A stretch of DNA of 25,033 bases, taken from the IMG/VR virus record IMGVR_UViG_3300009602_000083, positions 1 through 25,033 of that record, one strand, 5' to 3'. Positions 1 to 8,737 of the stretch are shown piece after piece. A model generated the notes under the pieces. The model was given only the letters and a program-made list of their open reading frames with translations, was not told where the DNA came from and did no database searches. Position 1 is the stretch's first letter. Each line of letters starts with the position of its first letter. The stretch comes from a virus (Duplodnaviria > Caudoviricetes). A program made the position numbers and the translations under genes.

Positions 1-2
1 AG

Positions 3-905
3 CGTTACCCCGAAATAGCTGAGAGAATCCTCAAGTCAGGCAGGGGCAAGTTTGGGGAAGCTCGGCGCCAGTGGGCAGACATTGATGTGGCGAACTTCGC
101 TCGAGAGGAGGCCCTCGCCCAGGAGTTTCAGTCTGGCATCACCACAGGAGAGTCGTTCAGGGACGCCTACAGCAGCCTTCAGGAGCGGCGTCGGTCTGAG
201 AAGGCCGGTGTGAATGCAGGCTTAGGCCTCTTCCAAGAGGAACAGGATCTCCCTGATGACCCTAACGAACGGGCTCTCGCTGAATACTACCGCGCTCAGG
301 AGGGCGCTGTTCGGGAGTCTGGCATCTACGACTTCGAGGAGGCTGAGAAATCCATAGCAGACCTGGACGCCACTTGGACTGCGGAGCAGAAGGCCTACAT
401 TGACAGGAATACCGGCCGCTCTACACACCCTCCACTCATCCAAGAGTTCAGGGACGACGTGGTGTTCCTCAAGCCCTTCTGGGACATACGAGATAAGGTG
501 ATAGATGGCCTCTCCCCGGGTGACAGAGATGCTTGGGATTCGTACAACAGGGATGAGATCACTCGTAAAGAGCTGTCGGGTACGGTAAGCGGTATCCTCG
601 ACCACATCAAAGAGCTGCAGAATGCCTGGATATTCGACCACGCTGAGACTCCTCGGGTAGACCTGGCTCTCCTGAGATGGGGGTACAGGACGGACGCGCA
701 CTCTGATGAAGGAGCTGAGTTCATAGACAATAGGCTCCGGTCTCCTGACACTCTTTATGGCCCTCCGCAGACTCCACAAACTCAACAGCCTGCCCCATCT
801 GGGGATCTGGAGCATCTGGAGCAGCTCTTCAGTGGAAACCAGGGCATCGGTACAGGTGGAGATCTCCAGCATTTAGAGGAGATCTTTGCTGGAACGCAAC
901 GATAA
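3..905 (+). CDS. C-terminal part of a large protein, probably internal virion/ejection protein (5'-truncated)
   Basis: The frame is open from position 3 (RYPEIAERILKSGRG...), so GTG 87 is not the true start. Acidic, helical composition; upstream of scaffold. Function is inferred only. Confidence 0.55.
   Translation, partial: RYPEIAERILKSGRGKFGEARRQWADIDVANFAREEALAQEFQSGITTGESFRDAYSSLQERRRSEKAGVNAGLGLFQEEQDLPDDPNERALAEYYRAQEGAVRESGIYDFEEAEKSIADLDATWTAEQKAYIDRNTGRSTHPPLIQEFRDDVVFLKPFWDIRDKVIDGLSPGDRDAWDSYNRDEITRKELSGTVSGILDHIKELQNAWIFDHAETPRVDLALLRWGYRTDAHSDEGAEFIDNRLRSPDTLYGPPQTPQTQQPAPSGDLEHLEQLFSGNQGIGTGGDLQHLEEIFAGTQR
801..893 (+). repeat. Imperfect 36-nt direct repeat encoding GDLEHLEQLFSG / GDLQHLEEIFAG
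   Basis: Copies at 801-836 and 858-893, 57 nt apart, in frame. Confidence 0.85.
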
Positions 906-916
906 TGAACCCCTTA

Positions 917-925
917 TGGTATATT
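917..925 (+). promoter_or_regulatory. Candidate extended -10 promoter (TGgTATATT) upstream of scaffold/capsid genes
   Basis: TGnTATAtT in the longest intergenic gap of the + arm; no recognisable -35. Confidence 0.35.
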
Positions 926-937
926 CGAGTTGATACC

Positions 938-965
938 CCTATTGCGTCCCCCTAGGGACTATAGG
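938..965 (+). promoter_or_regulatory. Hairpin overlapping the scaffold Shine-Dalgarno
   Basis: CCTAT(938-942)/ATAGG(961-965) and GTCCC(946-950)/GGGAC(955-959), loop CCTA; the SD AGGAG is at 963-967. Confidence 0.45.
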
Positions 966-973
966 AGATGGTA

Positions 974-1765
974 ATGGCAGACGAGGACAAGGATGTCCAA
1001 AGCCCAGGCGATGCTCCTGGCGCTTCTGAGGTGGACGAGGAGTCTACCACTGATAGCGTAGAGGAGGAAGAGCCCCCTGATTACAGGGCCCTGTATGAGG
1101 CCTCGGAGGCTACGAACAAGCAGCTTCGTAACGACTCTAGGGCTAGGGAGGGCCAGAGGAACCGGACCCAGGACCAAGAAGACCGCATGAACCGGATGGA
1201 GTCCAGCGTTGAGACCATGGCTAGGACCAACGCTCAAATCCTCTCGAAGATGATGACGGAGGACGACGAGTTCGCTGGTGTGGTCAGAAAGGAAAACGAG
1301 GAAGCAGAGACCCAATCTCGCGCTAACGGCGTTAACGGTCGGATCAATAATGTCCTGAACAACATCATGGGAATCGTCCAGACTCAATCCGAGGAGGATG
1401 ATGCTGACCCTGTAGTCCTGATCTCCAAGGAGAACCAGGACAAGCTGACAGCCCTCTGGGGAGCAGCCGCGAAGAAGGCGAAGACGGGGGATGAGTCGGA
1501 TCTTCATCGGGTTCAAATGGAAGCGACCCGGATGGTTCTGGAGGAAGAGCAGGCCCGGAGCCGCAGGGCTCTCGCCGAAGAGCGTGAGAAGAGTAAAGCA
1601 GCAACTAAGAAGGCTCTGGAGAAGGCTGGAGTCGCCGACCAAGATACAGGCCCGGCAAGAGCGGGAGCCGGTGGCGGTGAACGCAAGCGGGGTCTGTCTC
1701 TAATTCAAGAGGCAATCGAGGAAGGCAGTCCTCTCTTCCCCGGAGCTAAGTCAGCTTCGGTATAG
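974..1765 (+). CDS. Capsid scaffolding protein
   Basis: Acidic disordered N-terminus, coiled-coil body, C-terminal amphipathic helix (KRGLSLIQEAIEEG), directly before capsid. AGGAG at 963-967 fits ATG 974 better than 968. Confidence 0.75.
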   Translation: MADEDKDVQSPGDAPGASEVDEESTTDSVEEEEPPDYRALYEASEATNKQLRNDSRAREGQRNRTQDQEDRMNRMESSVETMARTNAQILSKMMTEDDEFAGVVRKENEEAETQSRANGVNGRINNVLNNIMGIVQTQSEEDDADPVVLISKENQDKLTALWGAAAKKAKTGDESDLHRVQMEATRMVLEEEQARSRRALAEEREKSKAATKKALEKAGVADQDTGPARAGAGGGERKRGLSLIQEAIEEGSPLFPGAKSASV

Positions 1766-1774
1766 GAGAACCAC

Positions 1775-2725
1775 ATGCCCACACTCGCGGAATACGAGAA
1801 AGCAGACGTAGACAAGCTCCTGGTCGGAGTGTACGACCATATCGTCACCGCCTCGGAGCTTGCAAACTGGCTGGAGTTCGAAGAGTTCACCGGAGTCTCC
1901 TCTAAGTGGCTCCGTGAGAGCACCCTAGGCGCAGCCTCAACTCACCAGGTCGGTGACACCTGGGTGGACACTGAACCTACGAAGTCCACGAATACAGCCA
2001 AGCTCACCACCGTCGGAATTCAGCATCCTCTGGACCGGATGGCGTCCCAGACTCTGGGGAGCACTCAGTCCCAGGAAGCCCTGTTGATGACGGACATGTC
2101 CAAGTCCCTGGCCCGTAAACTGGAGGATCTATGGGTGACTGGGGACTCTGGCACTCTCTCCACCGAGCCTGAGGGCCTGACCTCTCTCTTAATCGCAGAC
2201 AGCCGTCTGCTGATGATGGATGATGGGTCAACTCCCTCTACGATCACCGGTGCGGAGACAGAGCTGGACCAGGATCGCTTGGACGCCATGATTGACCTAG
2301 TTGAGGGTGGCGCGCCCGACATCCTGTTGATGAACAAGACGATGCGCCGGAAGCTCACTTCCCTCGCTCGTCAGGCTGGCAGTGGTATACAGCTGGGAAC
2401 GATGGAAGCCTTCGGGCGCCAGTGGACCACGTACGCCAATATACCAATCGTGATCGACGACTGGATAACCAATGCCGAGCAATATGAGAACGCCGGCGGC
2501 TGGGCTAGCTCAACAGCGACCACCATCTTCGCTCTCAAGCTCGGTCGGGAGAAGCAGGGGTTCACCGTCCTCCATAACGGTCCTGTGCTGACCCCGGACA
2601 TCCAGAACCTGGGGACCAAGTTCAACAAGAATGAAGACGTCTTCCGGATGGCTGTCTACACGCAGAACGTGATCTACTCCATCAAGGCCTGTGCGGGTTT
2701 GGCTGGGATAGATTCGGCGGCATAG
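1775..2725 (+). CDS. Major capsid protein, HK97 fold
   Basis: 316 aa; N-terminal TLAEYEK..LLVGVYD.IV..S, DRLDAMIDLV..G.PD.LLMNK.MRRKL, Y.NIPIV.DD and terminal CAGLAGI patterns typical of phage major capsid proteins; SD AGGAG upstream. Confidence 0.9.
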   Translation: MPTLAEYEKADVDKLLVGVYDHIVTASELANWLEFEEFTGVSSKWLRESTLGAASTHQVGDTWVDTEPTKSTNTAKLTTVGIQHPLDRMASQTLGSTQSQEALLMTDMSKSLARKLEDLWVTGDSGTLSTEPEGLTSLLIADSRLLMMDDGSTPSTITGAETELDQDRLDAMIDLVEGGAPDILLMNKTMRRKLTSLARQAGSGIQLGTMEAFGRQWTTYANIPIVIDDWITNAEQYENAGGWASSTATTIFALKLGREKQGFTVLHNGPVLTPDIQNLGTKFNKNEDVFRMAVYTQNVIYSIKACAGLAGIDSAA

Positions 2726-2756
2726 AGACAACCGGGGAGACTGAGGAGAAAACGTT

Positions 2757-3578
2757 TTGGCTGCACCATATATGGCCGAGATATTCGGCCCCGTGGCTAT
2801 CCTAATCGGCTCCACTGACGTCGTGGCAGGGGATGCTCTCTACTACGACGGCACGGACTGGGAGTTGGCTGACGCGGATGACAATACCAAGTTCGCTGAG
2901 CTGATCGCGACTGACAGCTTCAGCAGTGGTGAGAATGGCGTGGGCTGCGTCGGCGGTGTCCTTGTGGACGTCGATGCCCCGTTCACTCAAGGCAATTCCA
3001 TGTACCTGTCGGCTACGGCCGGCGCTATCACCGCTACCCGTCCGACGGGTGCTGAGAACTTGGCTCAGATCATTGGGTATTGCCTATCCACCAAAGAGGT
3101 GAAGGTGTTTATCCCACCTCTCCATGAGGAGACCATCAACCAGGCGCCCATGACGGATGGCACTGCCGTCTACGCTCAGAATACAGACTGGACAGGAGTG
3201 CTCCTGGGGGCGGCCTCTGAAGCAGCTGGCTATAGCTTCATGGTGCCACAAAACATGGTGGAGCGGGTGATTGAGTATCTGTGGTGGACTGTGGGAGCTT
3301 CCTCCCCCGCCTTGGACGCCTCTGACACGTACACCATCGATGTCTCCGGCGGGGTGGACGATGAGACTACCACCACCACCTCAGATGGAATTGCTGCTGC
3401 AGCTCTGACGGTCGCGGACAATGACCTGAATCGGGCTGACGTCTCGGCTGCCTTTGATGGCACTGGCCTCGTCGCCCCGGGGAACATACTCGGGGTGGAC
3501 GTCGACAAGGCGGCTGAGGGGGCTGCAGGCGATGACCCTCTCATGCTTGGACTGGTCTGCGTATATCGCTGCGTGTAG
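2757..3578 (+). CDS. Capsid decoration/cement-like protein with extra C-terminal beta domain
   Basis: AGDALYYDG..W.LADAD and G..MYLSATAGAITATRP...QIIG pattern of decoration proteins; follows capsid; TTG start with GAGGAG 8 nt upstream. Confidence 0.7.
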   Translation: MAAPYMAEIFGPVAILIGSTDVVAGDALYYDGTDWELADADDNTKFAELIATDSFSSGENGVGCVGGVLVDVDAPFTQGNSMYLSATAGAITATRPTGAENLAQIIGYCLSTKEVKVFIPPLHEETINQAPMTDGTAVYAQNTDWTGVLLGAASEAAGYSFMVPQNMVERVIEYLWWTVGASSPALDASDTYTIDVSGGVDDETTTTTSDGIAAAALTVADNDLNRADVSAAFDGTGLVAPGNILGVDVDKAAEGAAGDDPLMLGLVCVYRCV

Positions 3579-3587
3579 GGGAGGCCG

Positions 3588-4025
3588 ATGGTTACTCTCA
3601 AATACGACCTACCCTATGACCTGACCGTAGAGTCGGTTCCTGAAAGAGGGGCCTCCAGGTTCGGGGGCCCCAAGAGTCAGCCTATCAACATGAATCTGCT
3701 GGAGAGCCTTATCCTGAATAACCGGCAGATTAGCACGAAAGACCCAGCTCGGCGTAAGCAGGCGCTGGACACCCTTGGGGTGGCTCTACACCTAACCTTG
3801 GCAGCGTTTCGTAAGCTGGGGGTAAGTGCTGGGGATGTGAATCGCCTCAACAATGACTTCGTGGGCAAGCAGGGGAGTGCTCGGCAGACTCTGATGGACA
3901 CTATGCGGAACCATAGGCGGCGTCTGTCGAACCCCAATGACCTCATCATCGCTGTCCATGACGCGGACAACTGGGTCTGGACTCAAGACGCAACGGGAGA
4001 TTTATGGACGTACCGACTAAAGTAG
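3588..4025 (+). CDS. Hypothetical protein (145 aa)
   Basis: GGGAGG SD; tiles the operon; no recognised motif. Confidence 0.75.
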   Translation: MVTLKYDLPYDLTVESVPERGASRFGGPKSQPINMNLLESLILNNRQISTKDPARRKQALDTLGVALHLTLAAFRKLGVSAGDVNRLNNDFVGKQGSARQTLMDTMRNHRRRLSNPNDLIIAVHDADNWVWTQDATGDLWTYRLK

Positions 4026-4477
4026 ACTCCAATGGCAAGACGCGAATGCTTCCTAACACGAAGCCATACGCGATGCGCCTGGAGGAGCCTCCCAAGCCCC
4101 CTCGGCCTGGTCTTCCTAGCACTATGGCGATCAAAGGAATGAGGCTGGGGGAGCTGGACACCGTCTTTGACAGTGTGAATGGGACGATTACAATGGGTGG
4201 TACGACCTTCACGGCTCTCGAGTGGTTCGAGTTCCGCTACCGTGCTGACCTCCTCTTCGAACGAGCAGGTAGGATGGAGCGGGTGAAGCCACCTAGTAAC
4301 CCCGATGTCGAAGGATCGTCTAGCTTTCTGACTAGGAACGTGAAGACGATCCTTAGGCTAGACCGAGGGATGATCCAGGAGATTCCAGCTCCCAATGGTC
4401 CATACGATGAGGCCCATATCGAGTGGATGAAGGAGCGGTACTCCATGGTCATAACCAAGGAGGAATATGCAAACTAG
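4004..4477 (+). CDS. Hypothetical protein (157 aa; start uncertain)
   Basis: Overlaps both neighbours and tiles the operon. Confidence 0.7.
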   Translation: MDVPTKVDSNGKTRMLPNTKPYAMRLEEPPKPPRPGLPSTMAIKGMRLGELDTVFDSVNGTITMGGTTFTALEWFEFRYRADLLFERAGRMERVKPPSNPDVEGSSSFLTRNVKTILRLDRGMIQEIPAPNGPYDEAHIEWMKERYSMVITKEEYAN

Positions 4478-5033
4478 TGTAGAGCAAAAGGTATCGTGTG
4501 GCTGTGGGAAAGAGATTGCCGGTAAGGGTATGAACGGCCATCTGCGGTCCAAGTTCCACATGGATTGGGCAAAGGCTGCAGCGGCCGATCCGAATACCAG
4601 CGTGTCATCGGATCCTGTGGTGGATGACACGTTGGGCCTGCAGACTCCGGAACCTACCCTCAATGGCACGTCTGAGGACATAGCGGCTGAGGTGAAGCGG
4701 ATACTGGCCGACCCTAAGCTCCTCGCTGAGGTGATGGAGAAAGCGAAGCCCGGACCCGTCCCCATGATACCTGACGAAGAGGCTATCCTCGCCCGAGCTA
4801 GGGCAGGAGCTGATCCTATTGAGCTTGCCAAGGATCTCAGGGCAGTCTTCATAAGCAACGACTGGCCGAGTCCAGCTCACCCTCAGACACAGTTGGACTG
4901 GCTGAAGCAGCACAATATTCCAATACGGACGTTGCCCCGGCATATGGACCCAGATATGGTTCGGCAGTATATGAACAACTGGTATGCCGAGCTGAAGGAT
5001 GCCGGCTGGGGCACGACCTGGGAGATTAGGTAA
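4467..5033 (+). CDS. Hypothetical protein with N-terminal C2H2-like zinc finger
   Basis: CGCG-x9-HLRSKFH motif; SD AAGGAGG upstream. Confidence 0.75.
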   Translation: MQTSVEQKVSCGCGKEIAGKGMNGHLRSKFHMDWAKAAAADPNTSVSSDPVVDDTLGLQTPEPTLNGTSEDIAAEVKRILADPKLLAEVMEKAKPGPVPMIPDEEAILARARAGADPIELAKDLRAVFISNDWPSPAHPQTQLDWLKQHNIPIRTLPRHMDPDMVRQYMNNWYAELKDAGWGTTWEIR

Positions 5034-5380
5034 TGGCCGAAGTAATGCCCCATCGGGACATCGTTATCCACGCAGAGCAGCTGGCCTTGGGCGCCTCAGC
5101 GGAGACTCTCGTTGATGCCGGGGCCACGATTCCGGAGAATACCGGGGACGTGGTCATCGTCACTCCTTCTGGGGACTCCCTTCACTGGGCGCCGTCAGTA
5201 ACTCCGACGTCTACTCTAGGGCGTAGGATTACCCTTGGGCACCCGGGTAGAATACCCCACCAGTTCCATAAGACAGCGAAGATCATCTCCGACGATGCTG
5301 CAGACGTGACCTGCCAGCTGATCTACTTCCGCGGTTCGGCGAATCAGATTATCACCGCGTCAAGGAGTGAACCCAGGTAA
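5033..5380 (+). CDS. Small beta-rich protein, possibly virion structural
   Basis: TAATG coupling; alternating hydrophobic strand pattern. Confidence 0.7.
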   Translation: MAEVMPHRDIVIHAEQLALGASAETLVDAGATIPENTGDVVIVTPSGDSLHWAPSVTPTSTLGRRITLGHPGRIPHQFHKTAKIISDDAADVTCQLIYFRGSANQIITASRSEPR

Positions 5381-5739
5381 TGGCCGGCCAAAGGCGCTTC
5401 ATGAAGATCCAGGCGAACGTCTTCAAGATGATTGACGCCGTCGCCATCACTGCTGGGACACCAGCTGCGGTGTGGACGGCGAACGGCGATCTGAGGATTC
5501 GTCTCCTTGGCTGGTCCCTGTCAGCCTCCGCTGCTGCGGCTCTGGAGTTTCAGGATGAGGCGGCTGCGGGTACTGTGATTGCCCAAACTCCTCTGCTTGC
5601 GATAGCAGAGGTTCACAATAGCCCGGATCTTGGGGATGGGGTTCTTCTTGGAGCTGGGCAAGACCTAGACCTGGACGTCACAGCCAACGCAACTATCTCT
5701 GGGATGGTCTGGGGCGTGGAAGAAGGATCCGGCTACTGA
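5380..5739 (+). CDS. Small beta-sandwich protein, possibly virion structural
   Basis: TAATG coupling, SD AAGGAG; Ala/Gly/Thr-rich strand pattern. Confidence 0.7.
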   Translation: MAGQRRFMKIQANVFKMIDAVAITAGTPAAVWTANGDLRIRLLGWSLSASAAAALEFQDEAAAGTVIAQTPLLAIAEVHNSPDLGDGVLLGAGQDLDLDVTANATISGMVWGVEEGSGY

Positions 5740-5763
5740 ACATTGGGCCAAAAGGAGAGTACT

Positions 5764-6063
5764 GTGGGAAATCAAGAAGCTACGGCATCAGAGTGTTATG
5801 AGTGCGGATGTTCTTTCAGTGAGGATAATCCTAGCTATGGCAGCTTGATGCCTCGGGCGCCACACTTCGTGGAGAGAAAAGCCAGCGGCGAGATCATTGA
5901 GGCGAAGGGATTCAACTGGGACTATCGAGTCTGTCTGCCGGATTATAAGAAGCAGTTCGCAGAGGTCTATCCGGGTGAATCTATGCCGCTGGGAGTTAGA
6001 AAGGCTGAGGCCAGAATTGCTGCGTCAGAGGCATACGCAGATGCTATGGCTGGAGGTGAGTAA
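5764..6063 (+). CDS. Hypothetical protein with CxxC motif
   Basis: AAGGAG at 5752-5757 fits GTG 5764 rather than TTG 5743; CYEC...VC motif. Confidence 0.7.
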   Translation: MGNQEATASECYECGCSFSEDNPSYGSLMPRAPHFVERKASGEIIEAKGFNWDYRVCLPDYKKQFAEVYPGESMPLGVRKAEARIAASEAYADAMAGGE

Positions 6064-6518
6064 TGGCAGGAGCCAAGTATTACGCGAGTGGGGAGCAGAA
6101 CCTATTGAACTCTTCGAAATCAGCCTTATCATTGGTAGGAGCTGCTTCTAGCCCTAACAGGGCCTGGGTAGGGGATCTAGTCGTGGGGAATGTTGGAACT
6201 CCCGCTGACCTCGCCGGCACCTATATTGTGGAGAGAACCACAGATGAGGGGATCGGAACAGACGTCGTCCCGACTAAGATGGATATAGCCGATGCAGCGG
6301 CTTTAATACAGGCAAATGAGAATCACGCCCAAGAGCCAACGCTTTCTGGTGGTAAGGTTCTTGAGACTCCGGTGAACCACCGTGGGACTTTCCGCTGGAT
6401 TGCGCCTCCTAATGGAGAGATAGTGACTCCTGCTACGGCGACGGACGGCGTCACCGTTCACTCTCTGCATCTCTCAGCCTTAACCCTGTTCAGAGCCGAG
6501 GCATGGTGGACGGAATAG
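6063..6518 (+). CDS. Beta-rich protein, possibly virion structural
   Basis: TAATG coupling, GGAGGTGA SD; strand-rich, ends in WWTE. Confidence 0.7.
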   Translation: MAGAKYYASGEQNLLNSSKSALSLVGAASSPNRAWVGDLVVGNVGTPADLAGTYIVERTTDEGIGTDVVPTKMDIADAAALIQANENHAQEPTLSGGKVLETPVNHRGTFRWIAPPNGEIVTPATATDGVTVHSLHLSALTLFRAEAWWTE

Positions 6519-6827
6519 ATGAACTACATCAAGGAGCGGTCCAAAGGTAAAGGGACTCTCCTCTTCACCACAGACACGGAACGGGCACCGAGTGACGAGT
6601 GGTTCACGATCACGTGTCCACATCATAATGGCATCTTTATTGTAAAGCCTGGTTCTGGTGTAGAGCGGGGCTGGTGCCATATGTGCAATGCTCCTACCTG
6701 TGGAGCTACAGCTTGTAGTACGGCTTTGAACGGCTGCATACCTTTTGAGAGAAAACTTGAAAGGTATGAGAGGCTGAACCGGTATAAGCCGGAGCTCGGG
6801 TACGTCATAGGGAGCCTCAATGGCTGA
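6519..6827 (+). CDS. Cys-rich putative zinc-binding protein
   Basis: CPHH...WCHMCNAPTCGATAC...GCIPFE; abuts upstream stop. Confidence 0.7.
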   Translation: MNYIKERSKGKGTLLFTTDTERAPSDEWFTITCPHHNGIFIVKPGSGVERGWCHMCNAPTCGATACSTALNGCIPFERKLERYERLNRYKPELGYVIGSLNG

Positions 6828-7587
6828 CACCAAAGTATCAACTCTCACTGAGCTTGCTGCTGGTCCCGCCGAGACCGACGAGGTATACATACGTGATGTA
6901 TCTGAGGCAGCAGCAGATGAGTCCAAGCGAATAACCGCTGTAGAACTACTTAACCCCGAGAACTTCACAGAACTCGCAGCTTCCCCAGCCACCACCGATG
7001 AGGTCTTTATCAATGATGGCGGAGTTGGGAAGAAGATTACAGCAGCCAACCTCTTAGGGGCGGCAATTCAGAACTTCGACCTTTCCACATTCTTATTGGT
7101 GGGGAATGGTGGCTCTACTGGCCTTGCCATCTCAGCTAATGGCGAAGTCACGATGGCAGCCCAACCCTCATTCAACGTCCCAGGAGCCGCTAGAGCCAAT
7201 GAGACAGGTGATGCAACCATCTACACGGTAGTCTGGGGTACGGAGACTGAGGATAGAGGCGGGGACCATGATGGCACGACATTCACATGCCCTGTTGCGG
7301 GGCTTTACAGATTTACTATAAATTGTGGCGTATCTGCTTTGGCTTCTGGACACACCGATGTCCGCGTTACATTGGTAGGTAGCGCCACCGCTACCTCGGA
7401 GAATCAACTGAATGGGTACGCTATCCTTAACGCTGCAACTACTCTCCTGAGTGTTCAGCACAGTGTACAGGTTGAATGTAGTGCCTCAGACACAATAACT
7501 GTAACTTTCCAGGCTAGTGGGGGATCTAAGGTAGTAGACTTAAATGTTGGCCCCGACGGGGAATGGAGTGGAGAGCTAGTCGTATGA
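6820..7587 (+). CDS. Fibre/receptor-binding protein with C-terminal C1q/TNF-like domain
   Basis: PSFNV...GDHDGTTFTCPVAGLYRFT...SASDTITV...WSGELV is the gC1q pattern; two N-terminal fibre-type repeats. Confidence 0.8.
   Translation: MADTKVSTLTELAAGPAETDEVYIRDVSEAAADESKRITAVELLNPENFTELAASPATTDEVFINDGGVGKKITAANLLGAAIQNFDLSTFLLVGNGGSTGLAISANGEVTMAAQPSFNVPGAARANETGDATIYTVVWGTETEDRGGDHDGTTFTCPVAGLYRFTINCGVSALASGHTDVRVTLVGSATATSENQLNGYAILNAATTLLSVQHSVQVECSASDTITVTFQASGGSKVVDLNVGPDGEWSGELVV
6844..7056 (+). repeat. Two-copy coding repeat, 120-nt (40-aa) period
   Basis: LTELAAGPAETDEVYIRD..KRITAVELL (from 6844) versus FTELAASPATTDEVFIND..KKITAANLL (from 6964). Confidence 0.85.
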
Positions 7588-8312
7588 TATGCTTCCCGGC
7601 TGGCATAAACATAAGTCAAGGGGAGAGTGAGTGCTTCTGCCATATTCAGTCAGAATCATTTGACGGTTGGCTGCGTAAGGAGCTTGAAGCCAAGGCATCA
7701 GACTGTCAGAGAATACTAATCAGGAAGTGGCTGCCCACACTATACCAAGACTCCGCCGTAGAGAGTATCCCAAAGGATGAAGATGCCCTGGCCGCGATGA
7801 TAATAGCAAGGCCAGATTACTTGACCTTCAAACAGAGGCTACAAGTACGGGTGGACAGGGAGATGGAGATATTCACCCGCCGGGCAATCCCCAACCAGGT
7901 GCCTCCACAGCTACCTCCTCTAGTCCGCCTTAATGCTTACGCATCGAAGACCAGGGAGACTACCATAACCATCTGCCCCAATGGAGTAGATGTAGCTGAT
8001 AGTGCCTGTGCCTGCATCCTGGACAGTGAGCAGAGCATAGAGAACTGGATTATAGGTGCCATACTGGGGAGGATAAATAAGGGGAAGAAGGCAATGCTCC
8101 GTCAGTATAGGCCCATAGTTGTAGCGGATAAAAGAGTCCCTGCCCTGCCGGGGACTGAGGAAGAACTTCTCTCCCTAATTACGTCACGGGCTGATTACAT
8201 GACCATGCCTGAGCAGAAGGCAGAGATTGAACGCAGGATCAGGGTTGAAGCAGAAGAGAAGGAAGCTCAGCGGATATCTGAGGCCGAGAGACCACTGGAT
8301 GCGTCTGACTGA
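7584..8312 (+). CDS. Tandem-domain protein, possible fibre assembly chaperone
   Basis: ATGA overlap with the fibre stop gives start 7584; two homologous halves; function inferred from position. Confidence 0.6.
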   Translation: MICFPAGINISQGESECFCHIQSESFDGWLRKELEAKASDCQRILIRKWLPTLYQDSAVESIPKDEDALAAMIIARPDYLTFKQRLQVRVDREMEIFTRRAIPNQVPPQLPPLVRLNAYASKTRETTITICPNGVDVADSACACILDSEQSIENWIIGAILGRINKGKKAMLRQYRPIVVADKRVPALPGTEEELLSLITSRADYMTMPEQKAEIERRIRVEAEEKEAQRISEAERPLDASD

Positions 8313-8737
8313 TGTTAATCTTCACACCACAGGTTGCTGGAGGTCTCCAACTGGAGGACGGTCTTGGGAATCTCCTCCTTGAGAATGGTGATACTCTCGT
8401 TCTAGAGAACTTCACTGCTGAACTAGCAGTCCAGGTTCTAGATGAAGCTCCTGTTCTCCCAATCCCATACCGATATCATCTCCCCTACCTCTTCTTTGAG
8501 CCGGAGGAGGCAGGGTTCGCGACCTTCTACGACGCTTGGCAGAACCCTCCAACTACGCTGATGCCGGAGTATTCATCCGAATATCTCTATGGGGCTGTCC
8601 ACAACTTCCCATACTTCTTCATGCAGCTGGCGCCCCCGATCTTCCCTGTTGACGGTACGCGGGTAGCGTCTCCAACAAACACAAGGCCTGGATTCCTAGG
8701 TGTTGGTAGAGCTCACACGACGCGGAGACCAGCCTGA
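8312..8737 (+). CDS. Hypothetical virion-associated protein with LxLE(D/N)G repeats
   Basis: LQLEDG..NLLLENGDTLVLE; TGATG coupling; Pro/aromatic-rich remainder. Confidence 0.65.
   Translation: MLIFTPQVAGGLQLEDGLGNLLLENGDTLVLENFTAELAVQVLDEAPVLPIPYRYHLPYLFFEPEEAGFATFYDAWQNPPTTLMPEYSSEYLYGAVHNFPYFFMQLAPPIFPVDGTRVASPTNTRPGFLGVGRAHTTRRPA

Noticed and set aside
222-1642. Long antisense ORFs (222-872, 959-1642) and similar ones elsewhere
   Set aside because: Shadows of GC-rich sense genes, without recognisable motifs.
1775-2725. Encapsulin nanocompartment shell
   Set aside because: Scaffold, decoration and tail genes around it indicate a true phage capsid.
2701-2760. Capsid-to-decoration fusion by frameshift or readthrough; AAAACGTTTT palindrome at 2749-2758
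   Set aside because: The downstream frame is closed by TGA at 2742 and has its own SD; the palindrome is a short single copy.
6820-7587. Diversity-generating retroelement target
   Set aside because: No reverse transcriptase or template/variable repeat pair seen in the window.
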